Part shown: positions 33,883 through 42,680 of the stretch, one piece after another
Layout: each line of letters starts with the position of its first letter
Numbering within the stretch: position 1 is the stretch's first letter
Virus record (IMG/VR): IMGVR_UViG_3300009079_000019
Location: 1 to 64,000 of that record
Source of the DNA: an uncultured virus (IMG/VR IMGVR_UViG_3300009079_000019)
Lineage: Duplodnaviria > Heunggongvirae > Uroviricota > Caudoviricetes
Direction: 5' to 3' (one strand)
Length of the DNA stretch: 64,000 nt
The notes under the pieces: model-generated
Databases searched by the model: none
What the model saw: the letters and a program-made list of their open reading frames with translations, nothing else
Told to the model about the DNA's origin: nothing
Position numbers and translations under genes: made by a program

Positions 33883-35757
33883 TTATGCTCTTATTAAATT
33901 CCCGTTTGAATAACTTGATGTATAATAGTCTCTGGCAAATAATGTACCTGATATTTCATCACCGGAGGCAACTACATCTCTTACCATATTTATTGTGCTT
34001 TTTGAAATACTAAAATTTAAATATAAATCTTTTAGTCCAAGAACATCATTAGATTCTGGGAATGCCTGTATTTCGATAATATCATTTTCTTTAGATGTTG
34101 AAATAATGTTTATGGTTCCCAATTTAATTTCACCTTTCACATAATCAACTGTTCCGGAAGATTTTGCAACTATTCTTGTAGTTCCATCGCTTAAAGGTTT
34201 TACTATTGATAGTATTCCAGTTTTTCCATCGCTATTAGGTACATCTGTTAGATATACGGTATCCGAATCTGCAGAAATTTTAAATCCAGTGCTTTTAATA
34301 TTAAAACCGCCACTATTGATATGAAATTTATTTCCAAAGCATAGTTCATATTGTGCAAACTGGTTTATCTGCGCTTTCAAATCTCTTCTAATTCTAACCT
34401 TAGTGATATTAGAAGTTATAGCAATATCAGTATTGTCAATTATTTGAAGAACCTTACTATATTTAAATCTTCCACCAAATGAATTGAGATCCACAGAATC
34501 GGAATATTCTGTCAATGAATTTATAATTTTTGTTTTCAATGATTCTACTGCCGATACTTGAGCATAGTTGTAATAAATTGATGAATCAATTTCTACATAT
34601 AATATCTTAAGATCAATTATTTTTTGATTAATTCCAGAAATACTATATTGCTTTAATTTATTTTTAATTTGTTCTTTATTAAAATCGGAAACAAAAGTTC
34701 CATTTTTTGGTTTAATACTTATTGATACTGTACCAAATTCTGGTGGATCTAATTCCTCACCTCCAATAACAGCAACTGATTCGGTATCTGGATATATTTT
34801 TTTTATAATTGCCTCATAATCTCTTGATGTTACTGCTCTATATTGGGAGGAATAAATTCTTGGGGCAAAATATTTGACAGAATCTATGGATTCTATTTCA
34901 GAACCATTTTGAGATGACTGATTCGTTATAACAGAGACCGAACCTGTTTCACTATTTGGACTAGTGCTCCCGGCAAAAGAAAATGAAGAAGCACCATTAC
35001 CATCTTCACCATCGGTAACAATATAATTTACTGTAATTACTGAATTGTTTTCTAATTTTTTTCCAATCAGTCCATCACCGAAAAGTAATTCATATTTTTC
35101 ATCTTGAACTTCTTGTAGGAGATATATTCTTGAGGATGAATCTACATTAAGAATATTATCAACAGAAGAATATTCTACTCCAAGACCACTATCATTAATT
35201 CCCTTCACATAGACTGAGATGGTGGAAGTATCAATAAATGAGTTGTTTAAAATAAATCTTTGATCCAGAGATCCATCTACTGTAAATTGTTTAGTTAAAA
35301 ATGTTCCTTGATAGATATTAATATTATTAAAAGATGCTGCTCCGTCTACAACATTTGATGATATGTTGTCTGGGATTGAAAATGTGTATGAAGTATTATC
35401 TACAGAACCTATACAGACTAGACCTTTCTGTAAGGTAAGTGTGGGAGTTGCGGTTGTGGGGATATTAAATGATATTTGTGCCTTTGCTGCCGTCCTGGAG
35501 CGAGGTACGTAACCGATATTTCTTGCTAGTGAAACAACATTTTCACGAACAGTTGCAGAATCCAGAAAGGATTCGTTCACAACCATATTCGAGTTGAATG
35601 AGGTAATATAGGTATTATATGCTAGCGTGTCTATTAGTACAGAAAAATTAGATCCCTCAAAGTCAAAATCCGTGAATGTGGAGTTGGCACGGAGATAATC
35701 TTTAATGGATGTCTTTATCTGATCGAAATCTAGATTTGTAAATTTAGTAAAAGGCAT
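33883..35757 (-). CDS. gp6: Baseplate wedge subunit
   Basis: LDFDQIK, DFDFEGS, LAYNTY and QYRAVT..DY motifs. Confidence 0.95.
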   Translation of the reverse strand: MPFTKFTNLDFDQIKTSIKDYLRANSTFTDFDFEGSNFSVLIDTLAYNTYITSFNSNMVVNESFLDSATVRENVVSLARNIGYVPRSRTAAKAQISFNIPTTATPTLTLQKGLVCIGSVDNTSYTFSIPDNISSNVVDGAASFNNINIYQGTFLTKQFTVDGSLDQRFILNNSFIDTSTISVYVKGINDSGLGVEYSSVDNILNVDSSSRIYLLQEVQDEKYELLFGDGLIGKKLENNSVITVNYIVTDGEDGNGASSFSFAGSTSPNSETGSVSVITNQSSQNGSEIESIDSVKYFAPRIYSSQYRAVTSRDYEAIIKKIYPDTESVAVIGGEELDPPEFGTVSISIKPKNGTFVSDFNKEQIKNKLKQYSISGINQKIIDLKILYVEIDSSIYYNYAQVSAVESLKTKIINSLTEYSDSVDLNSFGGRFKYSKVLQIIDNTDIAITSNITKVRIRRDLKAQINQFAQYELCFGNKFHINSGGFNIKSTGFKISADSDTVYLTDVPNSDGKTGILSIVKPLSDGTTRIVAKSSGTVDYVKGEIKLGTINIISTSKENDIIEIQAFPESNDVLGLKDLYLNFSISKSTINMVRDVVASGDEISGTLFARDYYTSSYSNGNLIRA

Positions 35758-35758
35758 T

Positions 35759-36160
35759 TTATCTTGTTGCCTCTAGTATGAATGAATATTCTTGAGTTGG
35801 AAATTCTTGCCCTATAATATCAAAAATAATTGTTACATTAAAGGTATTATCATCTGGAATAGGATCTACCTGAACTTCTACATTATTAACTCTTGGTTCA
35901 AAGTTATTAATGGATATTTCAATTTGACTTTGTATTACTGATGCAGTACCAAAATCAACAAATTCAAATAAACTTTTTGTAATATCAGATCCTAAGAGTG
36001 AATTGAAGAATCTTTCCGTTGGAATAGTTTCTACAATATTTCTTACTGATCTACGAATTGCATTTTCATTCTTTAGTATCGGCAGATCCTTTGTCACTGG
36101 ATGTGGTTCAAAGGATAAACTGATATCTTTGAATGATCTGGATATCCTTTGAATTGCCAT
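35759..36160 (-). CDS. gp25: Baseplate wedge subunit
   Basis: AIRRSVRNIV and NFEPRV motifs. Confidence 0.93.
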   Translation of the reverse strand: MAIQRISRSFKDISLSFEPHPVTKDLPILKNENAIRRSVRNIVETIPTERFFNSLLGSDITKSLFEFVDFGTASVIQSQIEISINNFEPRVNNVEVQVDPIPDDNTFNVTIIFDIIGQEFPTQEYSFILEATR

Positions 36161-36179
36161 CGAACGAAAGTTTTTTATT

Positions 36180-36187
36180 TATTTATA
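36180..36187 (-). promoter_or_regulatory. Late promoter TATAAATA
   Basis: Exact motif upstream of gp25. Confidence 0.8.
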
Positions 36188-36188
36188 C

Positions 36189-36365
36189 CTACTTCCAGGA
36201 AGAACCATAGTTTGGTTCTGTTCCATAAGACCAATCATCATAGTCTTCATCATTACGAATTTTTTCGTGCAGTTCAACTTGTTTTTTTAGGTTATGCTTC
36301 GGTGCAACATCATAGACCACTTCTTGAATGAGTCTTTTTTGATTTTCTTCTGATTCGAATAGCAT
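36189..36365 (-). CDS. Hypothetical 58-aa protein
   Basis: Hand-translated MLFESEENQK...YGSSWK; AGGAG upstream. Confidence 0.6.
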   Translation of the reverse strand: MLFESEENQKRLIQEVVYDVAPKHNLKKQVELHEKIRNDEDYDDWSYGTEPNYGSSWK

Positions 36366-36431
36366 TTTGAAACTCCTGTTTTAATTTAAAACAGAACTTT
36401 TATAAAGGAGGTTTCTATCTCCTATTACTAT

Positions 36432-36773
36432 TTAACGATTTACTTCTCGAAGATTGTAATTATCAGAATTTAGATATTTTAATAATTCAATTGCAACTAG
36501 TCTAGGATTTCCTTCACCACAAGTATAGACATCAATTGCTATACAACCATTTTCAGGCCAGGTGTGGCAAGAAACATGACTTTCTGAGAGTGCAATAACA
36601 ATAGTACATCCTTGAGGAAAAAAACAATGAGAAAAAATATTCAAAATAGTCATATTTGCACGATTAATACCCTTCTCCATTGTTTCTTGGAGAGATATTA
36701 CGTCATTTAAGAGGTTAAATTTAACATCATACACCTCCAAAAGGAGATGAGTTCCCATCGAATGCTGTTTCAA
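36432..36773 (-). CDS. speD: S-adenosylmethionine decarboxylase proenzyme
   Basis: GTHLL, LSESHVSCHTWPE (autocleavage site) and DVYTCG. Confidence 0.93.
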   Translation of the reverse strand: MKQHSMGTHLLLEVYDVKFNLLNDVISLQETMEKGINRANMTILNIFSHCFFPQGCTIVIALSESHVSCHTWPENGCIAIDVYTCGEGNPRLVAIELLKYLNSDNYNLREVNR

Positions 36774-36805
36774 CTAAATTTTATGTAAAAAAAATATTTA
36801 GTCTA

Positions 36806-37297
36806 TTATCTCCAATGATTATTTGGTCTTTCCCACCAAAAATGAAGGTCTACTTTACTATCATCATAGTATAACGAGACAAAATCACTTTTAAATTTAC
36901 TATGAATATTCTCACATAATGCTACTGTATAGTATTTTTTGTCAATTATATCCGTAATCCATTTATAATTACCTCCTCTTATAACTCCTGCCTCAATTAA
37001 AACAAATTTTTTCCACTGTTTTGACCACTTTAAATAGTTTTCAATAAAATCTTTACGATATTCGTTTACATTTTCATCCGGAAATGGAACATTAACTGAT
37101 TCTATATGAAATATTTCTCCATCCATACTTAAAGAATGTGAAAGATGTTGTGTCACAATTGCGGAATAATCGGGAGAAACCATTAAAAAACAAGTATCGG
37201 AAGGATGAATATCAATCTCCGATACTTGAATGAGATAAGTTATTTGTTGAATTAGTGCCTTTTCTTTATCTTCAGAAATGAAAAGCAATGGATTCAT
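36806..37297 (-). CDS. Phosphoribosyltransferase-like protein
   Basis: FVLIEAGVIRGG resembles a PRPP-binding loop; C-terminal FWWE. Confidence 0.55.
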   Translation of the reverse strand: MNPLLFISEDKEKALIQQITYLIQVSEIDIHPSDTCFLMVSPDYSAIVTQHLSHSLSMDGEIFHIESVNVPFPDENVNEYRKDFIENYLKWSKQWKKFVLIEAGVIRGGNYKWITDIIDKKYYTVALCENIHSKFKSDFVSLYYDDSKVDLHFWWERPNNHWR

Positions 37298-37446
37298 TTT
37301 TTACCTTGTCCCCTGTATTTCTTACGAGCTTTATTACGAGAAGATGCCGCATACTTAGTATGAGCACCACAACCTTGCTTAGTTTTCTTGGGGAGAGATT
37401 CAATTACTTGCTTCCCACCACCACCTGATGATTTTTTAATTGCCAT
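37294..37446 (-). CDS. Small basic protein, 50 aa
   Basis: MAIKKSSGG...RKKYRGQGKK; ATGA overlap. Confidence 0.7.
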   Translation of the reverse strand: MAIKKSSGGGGKQVIESLPKKTKQGCGAHTKYAASSRNKARKKYRGQGKK

Positions 37447-37610
37447 TAATTTTCTCCTATAATTTCAGTTTCAATTTCATTTGGATTTGGAGAACCCGTC
37501 TGATAAAATTGTACGGACAGATCCTCCATAGTATTGAAGTATTCTTCTTCTGTAAGATTAGAATAAATTTTACGACCCTTACAGATTATATTGTAAGATT
37601 CGTTAGTCAT
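37446..37610 (-). CDS. Hypothetical 54-aa protein
   Basis: MTNESYNIICKG...EIIGEN; overlaps both neighbours by 1 nt. Confidence 0.65.
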   Translation of the reverse strand: MTNESYNIICKGRKIYSNLTEEEYFNTMEDLSVQFYQTGSPNPNEIETEIIGEN

Positions 37611-38368
37611 CAAATTACTCTTGTCTTTTCGTGACCGACTCTAATACGAGGGTCGCACCAAATCTCAAATCCTGCTTCTTTTGCATCCAAACAGAATGAT
37701 ACATCTTCTCCACACATATCCTGAACTTCTCCAGATTCAAAGACTTGCATCTTTGGTGCAAACCATGGATATGTCATCTCCGAGTGCTCGAAGACTCCTT
37801 TCTTAATCAGTAACCAACCAAATCCTGCATAATCAACTGTGAATGGTTTGCGACGCTTGGAGATGCTATCGACGGTCTCATGATTCATGACTCCACCATT
37901 ATTGCGGAAATCATCTTCTTCCATCCAGTGTGCCACTGAGGTTGTATGCCCGTCTTCGGTTGCATACCATCCAGATGCAATATCTTTGTCCATAAGAACT
38001 AATTGCCAAAACTTTTCACTATTGAAGACAATATCAGAGTCAATCCAAAGTTGCCAATCATAATTGAGTTTTCCATCCCAGGGAAGTTGATTTGGACCTC
38101 TGAGTACATTCGCACCCAAACATTTGCATCGTGCAAAGTTTACCATGGATGAATAGTCTTGTGAGATTTGAATGCTTGCACCGTTCTGTACAAGATCAAA
38201 GCACAATTGAACAAAACTTTTCAGATATGTATAGGAGACTCCTCTTCCGGGAAGACAAAAGACAATTGATTTGCCTCGTACCATTTCCCTTGCTAGATCG
38301 TAATCCCATTCTAATTCTTTATTTGCTGCTACGGGGGCAGATGCTTTAACGGTAAATCCTTTAGCCAT
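37610..38368 (-). CDS. Glycosyltransferase (GT-A fold)
   Basis: WIDSD (DxD), GFGWLLI, GEDVSFC and RVGH motifs. Confidence 0.8.
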   Translation of the reverse strand: MAKGFTVKASAPVAANKELEWDYDLAREMVRGKSIVFCLPGRGVSYTYLKSFVQLCFDLVQNGASIQISQDYSSMVNFARCKCLGANVLRGPNQLPWDGKLNYDWQLWIDSDIVFNSEKFWQLVLMDKDIASGWYATEDGHTTSVAHWMEEDDFRNNGGVMNHETVDSISKRRKPFTVDYAGFGWLLIKKGVFEHSEMTYPWFAPKMQVFESGEVQDMCGEDVSFCLDAKEAGFEIWCDPRIRVGHEKTRVI

Positions 38369-38390
38369 AATAGTAAGTAGTTACTTCAGT

Positions 38391-38419
38391 ATCATACAAC
38401 ATTATATATCAGTTGTCAA
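38391..38419 (-). promoter_or_regulatory. Sigma70-type promoter
   Basis: TTGACA-N17-TATGAT upstream of the glycosyltransferase. Confidence 0.8.
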
Positions 38420-38590
38420 TCAATCGTTTTCGGAAAGAATCACATCTTTACCATCCAATAAAAACTTGACTTCGGTATCTTCATACCAAGAAAGTTCGTT
38501 CATAATTTGTTCGGGGATTATTAAAAAATATTGCCCGGTAATTGGATCAACTTGTATGGACTCGAAAATTTCCTCGGAATTTTTTTTCAT
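38420..38590 (-). CDS. AbrB/SpoVT-like small protein, 56 aa
   Basis: GQYFLIIPEQIMNELSWYEDTEVKFLLDGKDVIL swapped-hairpin pattern. Confidence 0.55.
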   Translation of the reverse strand: MKKNSEEIFESIQVDPITGQYFLIIPEQIMNELSWYEDTEVKFLLDGKDVILSEND

Positions 38591-38798
38591 TTTCGTGTTT
38601 ATAAAACTTTATTTTATTTTTTATATAGCGAAAAATTTTTTTATGTTTGGTGTTTATACATCTCTCGCTTCCGTAACACTTTGTAGGTTAGGGTAGTTAG
38701 GCGTTTTTATATACGGGGCGGCGGGGGGTCGGCACCGCGCCATGGGCACTGTCCCCACACGAACGACCAGACTGCCCCGGCACGAACGACCAACCCGC

Positions 38799-39065
38799 TC
38801 AGAAGCGGGCAGCGAGCGGGGAGTGACCCACCCCATTCAGGCGGCGGTCACGGGCAGCGGCAATTCGGTCTGCCTTTGCCTGAGCGGCGAAGCGTTGGGC
38901 GTTGGTGGTCTTGTCTCCGACCCACTGCCGACCCAGACCGGTTACGGGGGTCAGGGTCATGCCACGCCCCGAACCGTTGGCAGAGTTGACTGCCATAGAG
39001 GCACGAACGCCATCGGCGCCGGAACCCAGATGACCGATGGCGGTGTGTTGGTTGTGAAGTGCCAT
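38799..39065 (-). CDS. Hypothetical early protein
   Basis: Follows a TGCTACAAT extended -10. Confidence 0.6.
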   Translation of the reverse strand: MALHNQHTAIGHLGSGADGVRASMAVNSANGSGRGMTLTPVTGLGRQWVGDKTTNAQRFAAQAKADRIAAARDRRLNGVGHSPLAARF

Positions 39066-39145
39066 GATGGGGGGGGGGTGTGAACTGAGTGAATTGTAGC
39101 ACGAATGGGGTCAGAACCCCAACCAGACCAGGAACGACCAGAGGG

Positions 39146-39358
39146 TCACCCCAGAGCATAACGGTTCAACCACTGCCCAACGCTCTGCTGCGGATTGAGC
39201 AGGCGGAGCATATCACGGCGGCGGACGGTATGGGTGCTGAGGTGACCCGACCGCCAGAAGACGGTGATATTGCGCTTCCGGAAGCGAAGGCGGAGTTCAG
39301 AGCAGGCGCTGCTCGGTACGTCCTGCCAGATGATGACGGTGTAGAGGGGGTTACGCAT
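39146..39358 (-). CDS. Hypothetical early protein
   Basis: Follows TGGTATGAT; start MRNPLY. Confidence 0.6.
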   Translation of the reverse strand: MRNPLYTVIIWQDVPSSACSELRLRFRKRNITVFWRSGHLSTHTVRRRDMLRLLNPQQSVGQWLNRYALG

Positions 39359-39433
39359 GAGGGTCGGTTGCTTGTGAACTGAGAGAATCATACCACGAAT
39401 CGGGGGCAGGGAACGAACCCCACCCCCACGAAC

Positions 39434-39679
39434 TCACCCCAACCAGGTCAGGCGCTTTGCTTCGGGGTTACAGTAGAACTGATGACCCGGACCCTGCCAA
39501 CCCACGAACGGGGTGTGAAGGTCTGCCAACTCAACGGCGGATAGACCATCGGACTCCATGGAGCGACCCAGCACATCATCACGGTGGGAGTTGAGTTGCG
39601 GGCGACCCTTGGAAACGTTGCGGGAGACCCATACGGTCTGGCGGGTCTGAAGGTCGGTTGCTGGAGAGAAGAGTGCCAT
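39434..39679 (-). CDS. Hypothetical early protein
   Basis: Follows TGCTATGAT; start MALFSP. Confidence 0.6.
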   Translation of the reverse strand: MALFSPATDLQTRQTVWVSRNVSKGRPQLNSHRDDVLGRSMESDGLSAVELADLHTPFVGWQGPGHQFYCNPEAKRLTWLG

Positions 39680-39726
39680 CGGTGTTGGTTGGTTTGGAAC
39701 TGAGAGAATCATAGCATGGAATGGGG

Positions 39727-39891
39727 TCAGAGGGAAACCCACCCCTGCTTAATGCGGCGCTCAAGGTGGCGGGCAGCAAGGTCCTCTTTACGGGTCATCG
39801 CTGCCTGACCGGGACGGGGACCACGGCGGGGCAGGCGGGTGACCTTGAATTCTCCGGAGGCAATGGCAGCGGTCAGTTCGGCAGAGGTCAT
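39727..39891 (-). CDS. Hypothetical 54-aa protein
   Basis: MTSAELTAAIASGEFKVTRL...GWVSL. Confidence 0.6.
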   Translation of the reverse strand: MTSAELTAAIASGEFKVTRLPRRGPRPGQAAMTRKEDLAARHLERRIKQGWVSL

Positions 39892-39937
39892 CGGGGTCGG
39901 TGTCGGTGGAACTGATAGTATTGTAGCAGATCAGGGG

Positions 39938-40168
39938 TCAGGCAGCAGTCAGAACCCGTCCGACCCGCAAATCATAAACCTTAGGGGTTTTGGTGACCTG
40001 ATCGGGTCCGACCTGCTCAACGGTTGCCCGCTTGATATTGATTCCGTTGGAGGGGTTGCCCAACAGACGATATCCCATCTGAGGGGAAACGCCCTCGGGG
40101 AAGCGGACGAACTGAACCATAGGAGTGACCTTGTTTCGGCGGGAGAAGCGGGTAACCTTGAGGATCAT
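39938..40168 (-). CDS. Hypothetical early protein
   Basis: MILKVTRF; promoter repeat upstream. Confidence 0.6.
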   Translation of the reverse strand: MILKVTRFSRRNKVTPMVQFVRFPEGVSPQMGYRLLGNPSNGINIKRATVEQVGPDQVTKTPKVYDLRVGRVLTAA

Positions 40169-40202
40169 CGGGATTGGTTGCGGTTGATAGTATTGTAGCA
40201 GG

Positions 40203-40355
40203 TCAGCGGGGCAATGGGGGGCAGTCCAGCGAACCGCTACGGTGGCAGATTTCCGCCTGCTCCGCTTCCAGTGTGGCGCCGATGGTGGAGAGGGCAGCGT
40301 TGCCAATCATCAGGCAGAGGGCACAGAATCCGATGGGGAACAGAGCGCGGGTCAT
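40203..40355 (-). CDS. Small membrane peptide, 50 aa
   Basis: Hydrophobic N-terminus MTRALFPIGFCALCLMIG. Confidence 0.55.
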   Translation of the reverse strand: MTRALFPIGFCALCLMIGNAALSTIGATLEAEQAEICHRSGSLDCPPLPR

Positions 40356-40405
40356 TCGGGTCGGTTGCGGTTGATAGTATTGTAGCAGGTCGGGGGCAGG
40401 ACCCC

Positions 40406-40585
40406 TCAGATTCCGTTGAGGAAGTCTGCCAGTGCCTCATCGTATTCTGCTTTGGTTTGGAAGGTCCGCCCGTGGATGGTTCGGGGATACGTGGCATCCA
40501 AACCAGCGGCAGCAACGTTCCGGCAGTCCTGCTCATCGTATCCCATTTCAATCAGGGTTGCGACGTAGGGGTTGAAGGCGGTCAT
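40406..40585 (-). CDS. Hypothetical 59-aa protein
   Basis: MTAFNPYVATLIEMGYD...DFLNGI. Confidence 0.65.
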   Translation of the reverse strand: MTAFNPYVATLIEMGYDEQDCRNVAAAGLDATYPRTIHGRTFQTKAEYDEALADFLNGI

Positions 40586-40675
40586 TTGGTCTCGGTTCGT
40601 TTGGTATGCTTTAGTCTACAGGGTCAGGGGTCCCGGTCCCGGTGACCCGGTGCCAGTCTGGCAATTGGTTAGGTA

Positions 40676-40825
40676 TCAGAACTGAATCTCACTTAGAGTA
40701 GGATTAGCAGCGGAATCAGGACTGACACTATCAGAAACCCCATCAACAATTGAATCAAGAATCTGGAGAATTTGCTCACCATTGGAACCCTTAGCAAGGA
40801 GTGAGAGGAGGACATCGCGGGACAT
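40676..40825 (-). CDS. Hypothetical 49-aa protein
   Basis: MSRDVLLSLLAKGSNGEQILQILDS...EIQF. Confidence 0.6.
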   Translation of the reverse strand: MSRDVLLSLLAKGSNGEQILQILDSIVDGVSDSVSPDSAANPTLSEIQF

Positions 40826-40856
40826 AATGTAGAAAGAAAAATGTTAATGAAAGTGT

Positions 40857-40887
40857 GGGAGAAGTTTAGAGTCATTCTCCCAGGACT
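40857..40887 (-). promoter_or_regulatory. H-type RNA pseudoknot
   Basis: AGUC-CU-GGGAGAA-U-GACU-CUAAAC-UUCUCCC. Confidence 0.55.
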
Positions 40888-40893
40888 TGAGAT

Positions 40894-41154
40894 TTAGAAG
40901 TCGAAAATGTCGCCGTTGATTTCTGCGCGGTTGACTTTAGGGTCAGTCCATTTCACACCGTCGCGGGTCTCTTTGGCACCACAATCATACATCAATTCAA
41001 GCAGTTCTTCATAGCAGCAGATATCACGTTCTGCGATAGCATCCTGAACGCAAGCATCATTCTGAATCCAGAGAGCTACGTTCCAGGTTTCATAATTGGT
41101 CCAACCGTTATAAGTTTGGTCGGTCAGGCAGGTCTGGTAGGTGGTGACGGTCAT
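40894..41154 (-). CDS. Conserved-type phage hypothetical protein
   Basis: YNGWTNYETWNVALW motif. Confidence 0.75.
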   Translation of the reverse strand: MTVTTYQTCLTDQTYNGWTNYETWNVALWIQNDACVQDAIAERDICCYEELLELMYDCGAKETRDGVKWTDPKVNRAEINGDIFDF

Positions 41155-41228
41155 TTGCTTGGGTTGTTTGGTATGAATCAATTATAAGGGGTGGAGAGGG
41201 TGCCAGGGGCACCCGATGTGCCAGTGCC

Positions 41229-41426
41229 TCAGGCGGCACACAGCAGTGCCGATTCCATATTCACCTCCCGAACATCCATCTTGGAGTAATCATAACCCTC
41301 CTGCTCCTCAAGATACACAAGGTATGCATTTGCAGTGGAGAAGCAGTCAAACAAGCGGAGCGATTTGAAGTCCTCACCTTCATAATCAAAACCACCGATG
41401 ACAGCGTAGACTTTAGTGATTTGCAT
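41229..41426 (-). CDS. Hypothetical protein
   Basis: VYAVIGGFDYEGE; bounded by repeats. Confidence 0.7.
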   Translation of the reverse strand: MQITKVYAVIGGFDYEGEDFKSLRLFDCFSTANAYLVYLEEQEGYDYSKMDVREVNMESALLCAA

Positions 41427-41507
41427 TTGCTTGGGTTGCGTGGTATGAATCAATTATAAGGGGTGGAGAGGGGTCCTGGGAGACCCCGTGTGCCACTAGG
41501 GCAACTG

Positions 41508-41702
41508 TCACATCCAACCGCAGCGGGGGCAGGCAGGATGACCATTACAACCGCAGCGGGGCAGGGTGAGAATACCTATCAGGGTGTTGAGGTTACGCTC
41601 ATCAGCGGTGCCTGCCTTACGGTCTGCCTCAGCGATGGCAGCGGCAGCGATGGCACGGGACTGGGCGGCACGGTCCTGAGCGGTGATGGCGTTGCGGGTC
41701 AT
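41508..41702 (-). CDS. Small protein with C-terminal Cys/His cluster
   Basis: CGCNGHPACPRC, possible Zn binding. Confidence 0.65.
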   Translation of the reverse strand: MTRNAITAQDRAAQSRAIAAAAIAEADRKAGTADERNLNTLIGILTLPRCGCNGHPACPRCGWM

Positions 41703-41773
41703 TCGGGTCGGTTCGTTTGGTATGAATCAATTATAAGGGGTCAGAGGGGGCATCAGGTGCCCCCTGTGTGCCA

Positions 41774-41941
41774 CTACTGAAGGTGGGCGAACTGTGCCAG
41801 CGATGAGGGGCAGATGTGGGAGGGTGACCCGCAGGAGCGGTAGAAGTCTACCATCCGCTCCGCTTCGGGAAGGGTGGGGAACCACTGGGAGCGCCACTCG
41901 GTCTGGTTGTAGGGGGTCTGGTAGCGGACTTCGATTCGCAT
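41774..41941 (-). CDS. Hypothetical 55-aa protein
   Basis: MRIEVRYQTPYNQTEWRSQWF...FYRSCGS. Confidence 0.65.
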   Translation of the reverse strand: MRIEVRYQTPYNQTEWRSQWFPTLPEAERMVDFYRSCGSPSHICPSSLAQFAHLQ

Positions 41942-42021
41942 CGGTTGGGTTGTTTGGTATGAATCAATTATAAGGGGTCGGAGGGTGCCAGCGGACCCCC
42001 AGTGTGCCAGCGGTCAGACTG

Positions 42022-42606
42022 TCACAGGACCTCCTTCCCGAACTTGCCACAGAGGTAAAATGCCATACCCTTATCTTTGAGGGTGCAATTTGCAAAGGTC
42101 AGAGGAACATAGCGACCGTTAGTTTTAGATGCTTTGGTGCGGATTTGCAGCAGTCCGTTAGGTCCGGTGATAGTGTTGAGTATACTGCCAGAGTCAAATG
42201 AACTGCGGATGGTATCACAAATGAAGGTGTAATCCTCTGCCAGTTCCTGATAGTGCTCAGGGTGAGTCTCAGGATTCAGAACCTCAGTACCCACATAATC
42301 ATTGGCACGGGTGAAACCAACGTAGATGGTCTGAGATAGTTTTTCTCCTACCTTACTATCAGTGAAACTAACACCGTCTTCGATGATTTCAGAGAGGCAG
42401 TGCTTCAACTGTGTGACGGCGATAGACTCACCAACTGTGAAAGTCTTAAGTTCACCGTCCACCAAATCTTTCAGGTTGGAACTGTTAGGAATGCCAAGGG
42501 CAGTTTCAATCAGTTGCCCACGCGAACCTTTGTTTTTACCGGGTTTGGCAAATGCATCAAAGTTGGTGACCTTGAGTTGAGCGGCGACTTGGAGAGTGTT
42601 GAGCAT
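42022..42606 (-). CDS. MutH/Sau3AI-family endonuclease
   Basis: NKGSRGQLIE..LG, D....ELKT, LQIRTK and AFYL motifs. Confidence 0.75.
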   Translation of the reverse strand: MLNTLQVAAQLKVTNFDAFAKPGKNKGSRGQLIETALGIPNSSNLKDLVDGELKTFTVGESIAVTQLKHCLSEIIEDGVSFTDSKVGEKLSQTIYVGFTRANDYVGTEVLNPETHPEHYQELAEDYTFICDTIRSSFDSGSILNTITGPNGLLQIRTKASKTNGRYVPLTFANCTLKDKGMAFYLCGKFGKEVL

Positions 42607-42680
42607 CGGGTGGGTTGCTTATGAATCAATTATAAGGGGTCAGAGGGGGGAAGGTCAACCCCCCGAACCATCAGTGTTGC

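Larger units (their letters stand above)
39079..40400 (-). repeat. Six extended -10 promoter repeats (TG(C/G)TA(C/T)(A/G)AT...)
   Basis: One copy upstream of each small ORF, near 39095, 39388, 39712, 39922, 40193 and 40381. Confidence 0.75.

Noticed and set aside
1140..36331. Short antisense ORFs within structural genes
   Set aside because: Fully nested opposite conserved genes, with no motifs or expression signals
40693..40875. Independent 60-aa hydrophobic ORF
   Set aside because: Its start lies inside the pseudoknot and the overlapping frame 40676-40825 looks more protein-like; kept only as a readthrough possibility
41489..41512. Canonical CRP or NtcA site
   Set aside because: CRP is TGTGA-N6-TCACA and NtcA is GTA-N8-TAC; spacing and arms here differ
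38742..42624. Plus-strand ORFs in the GC-rich block
   Set aside because: Shadow ORFs crossing minus-strand promoter repeats; stop codons are scarce at high GC
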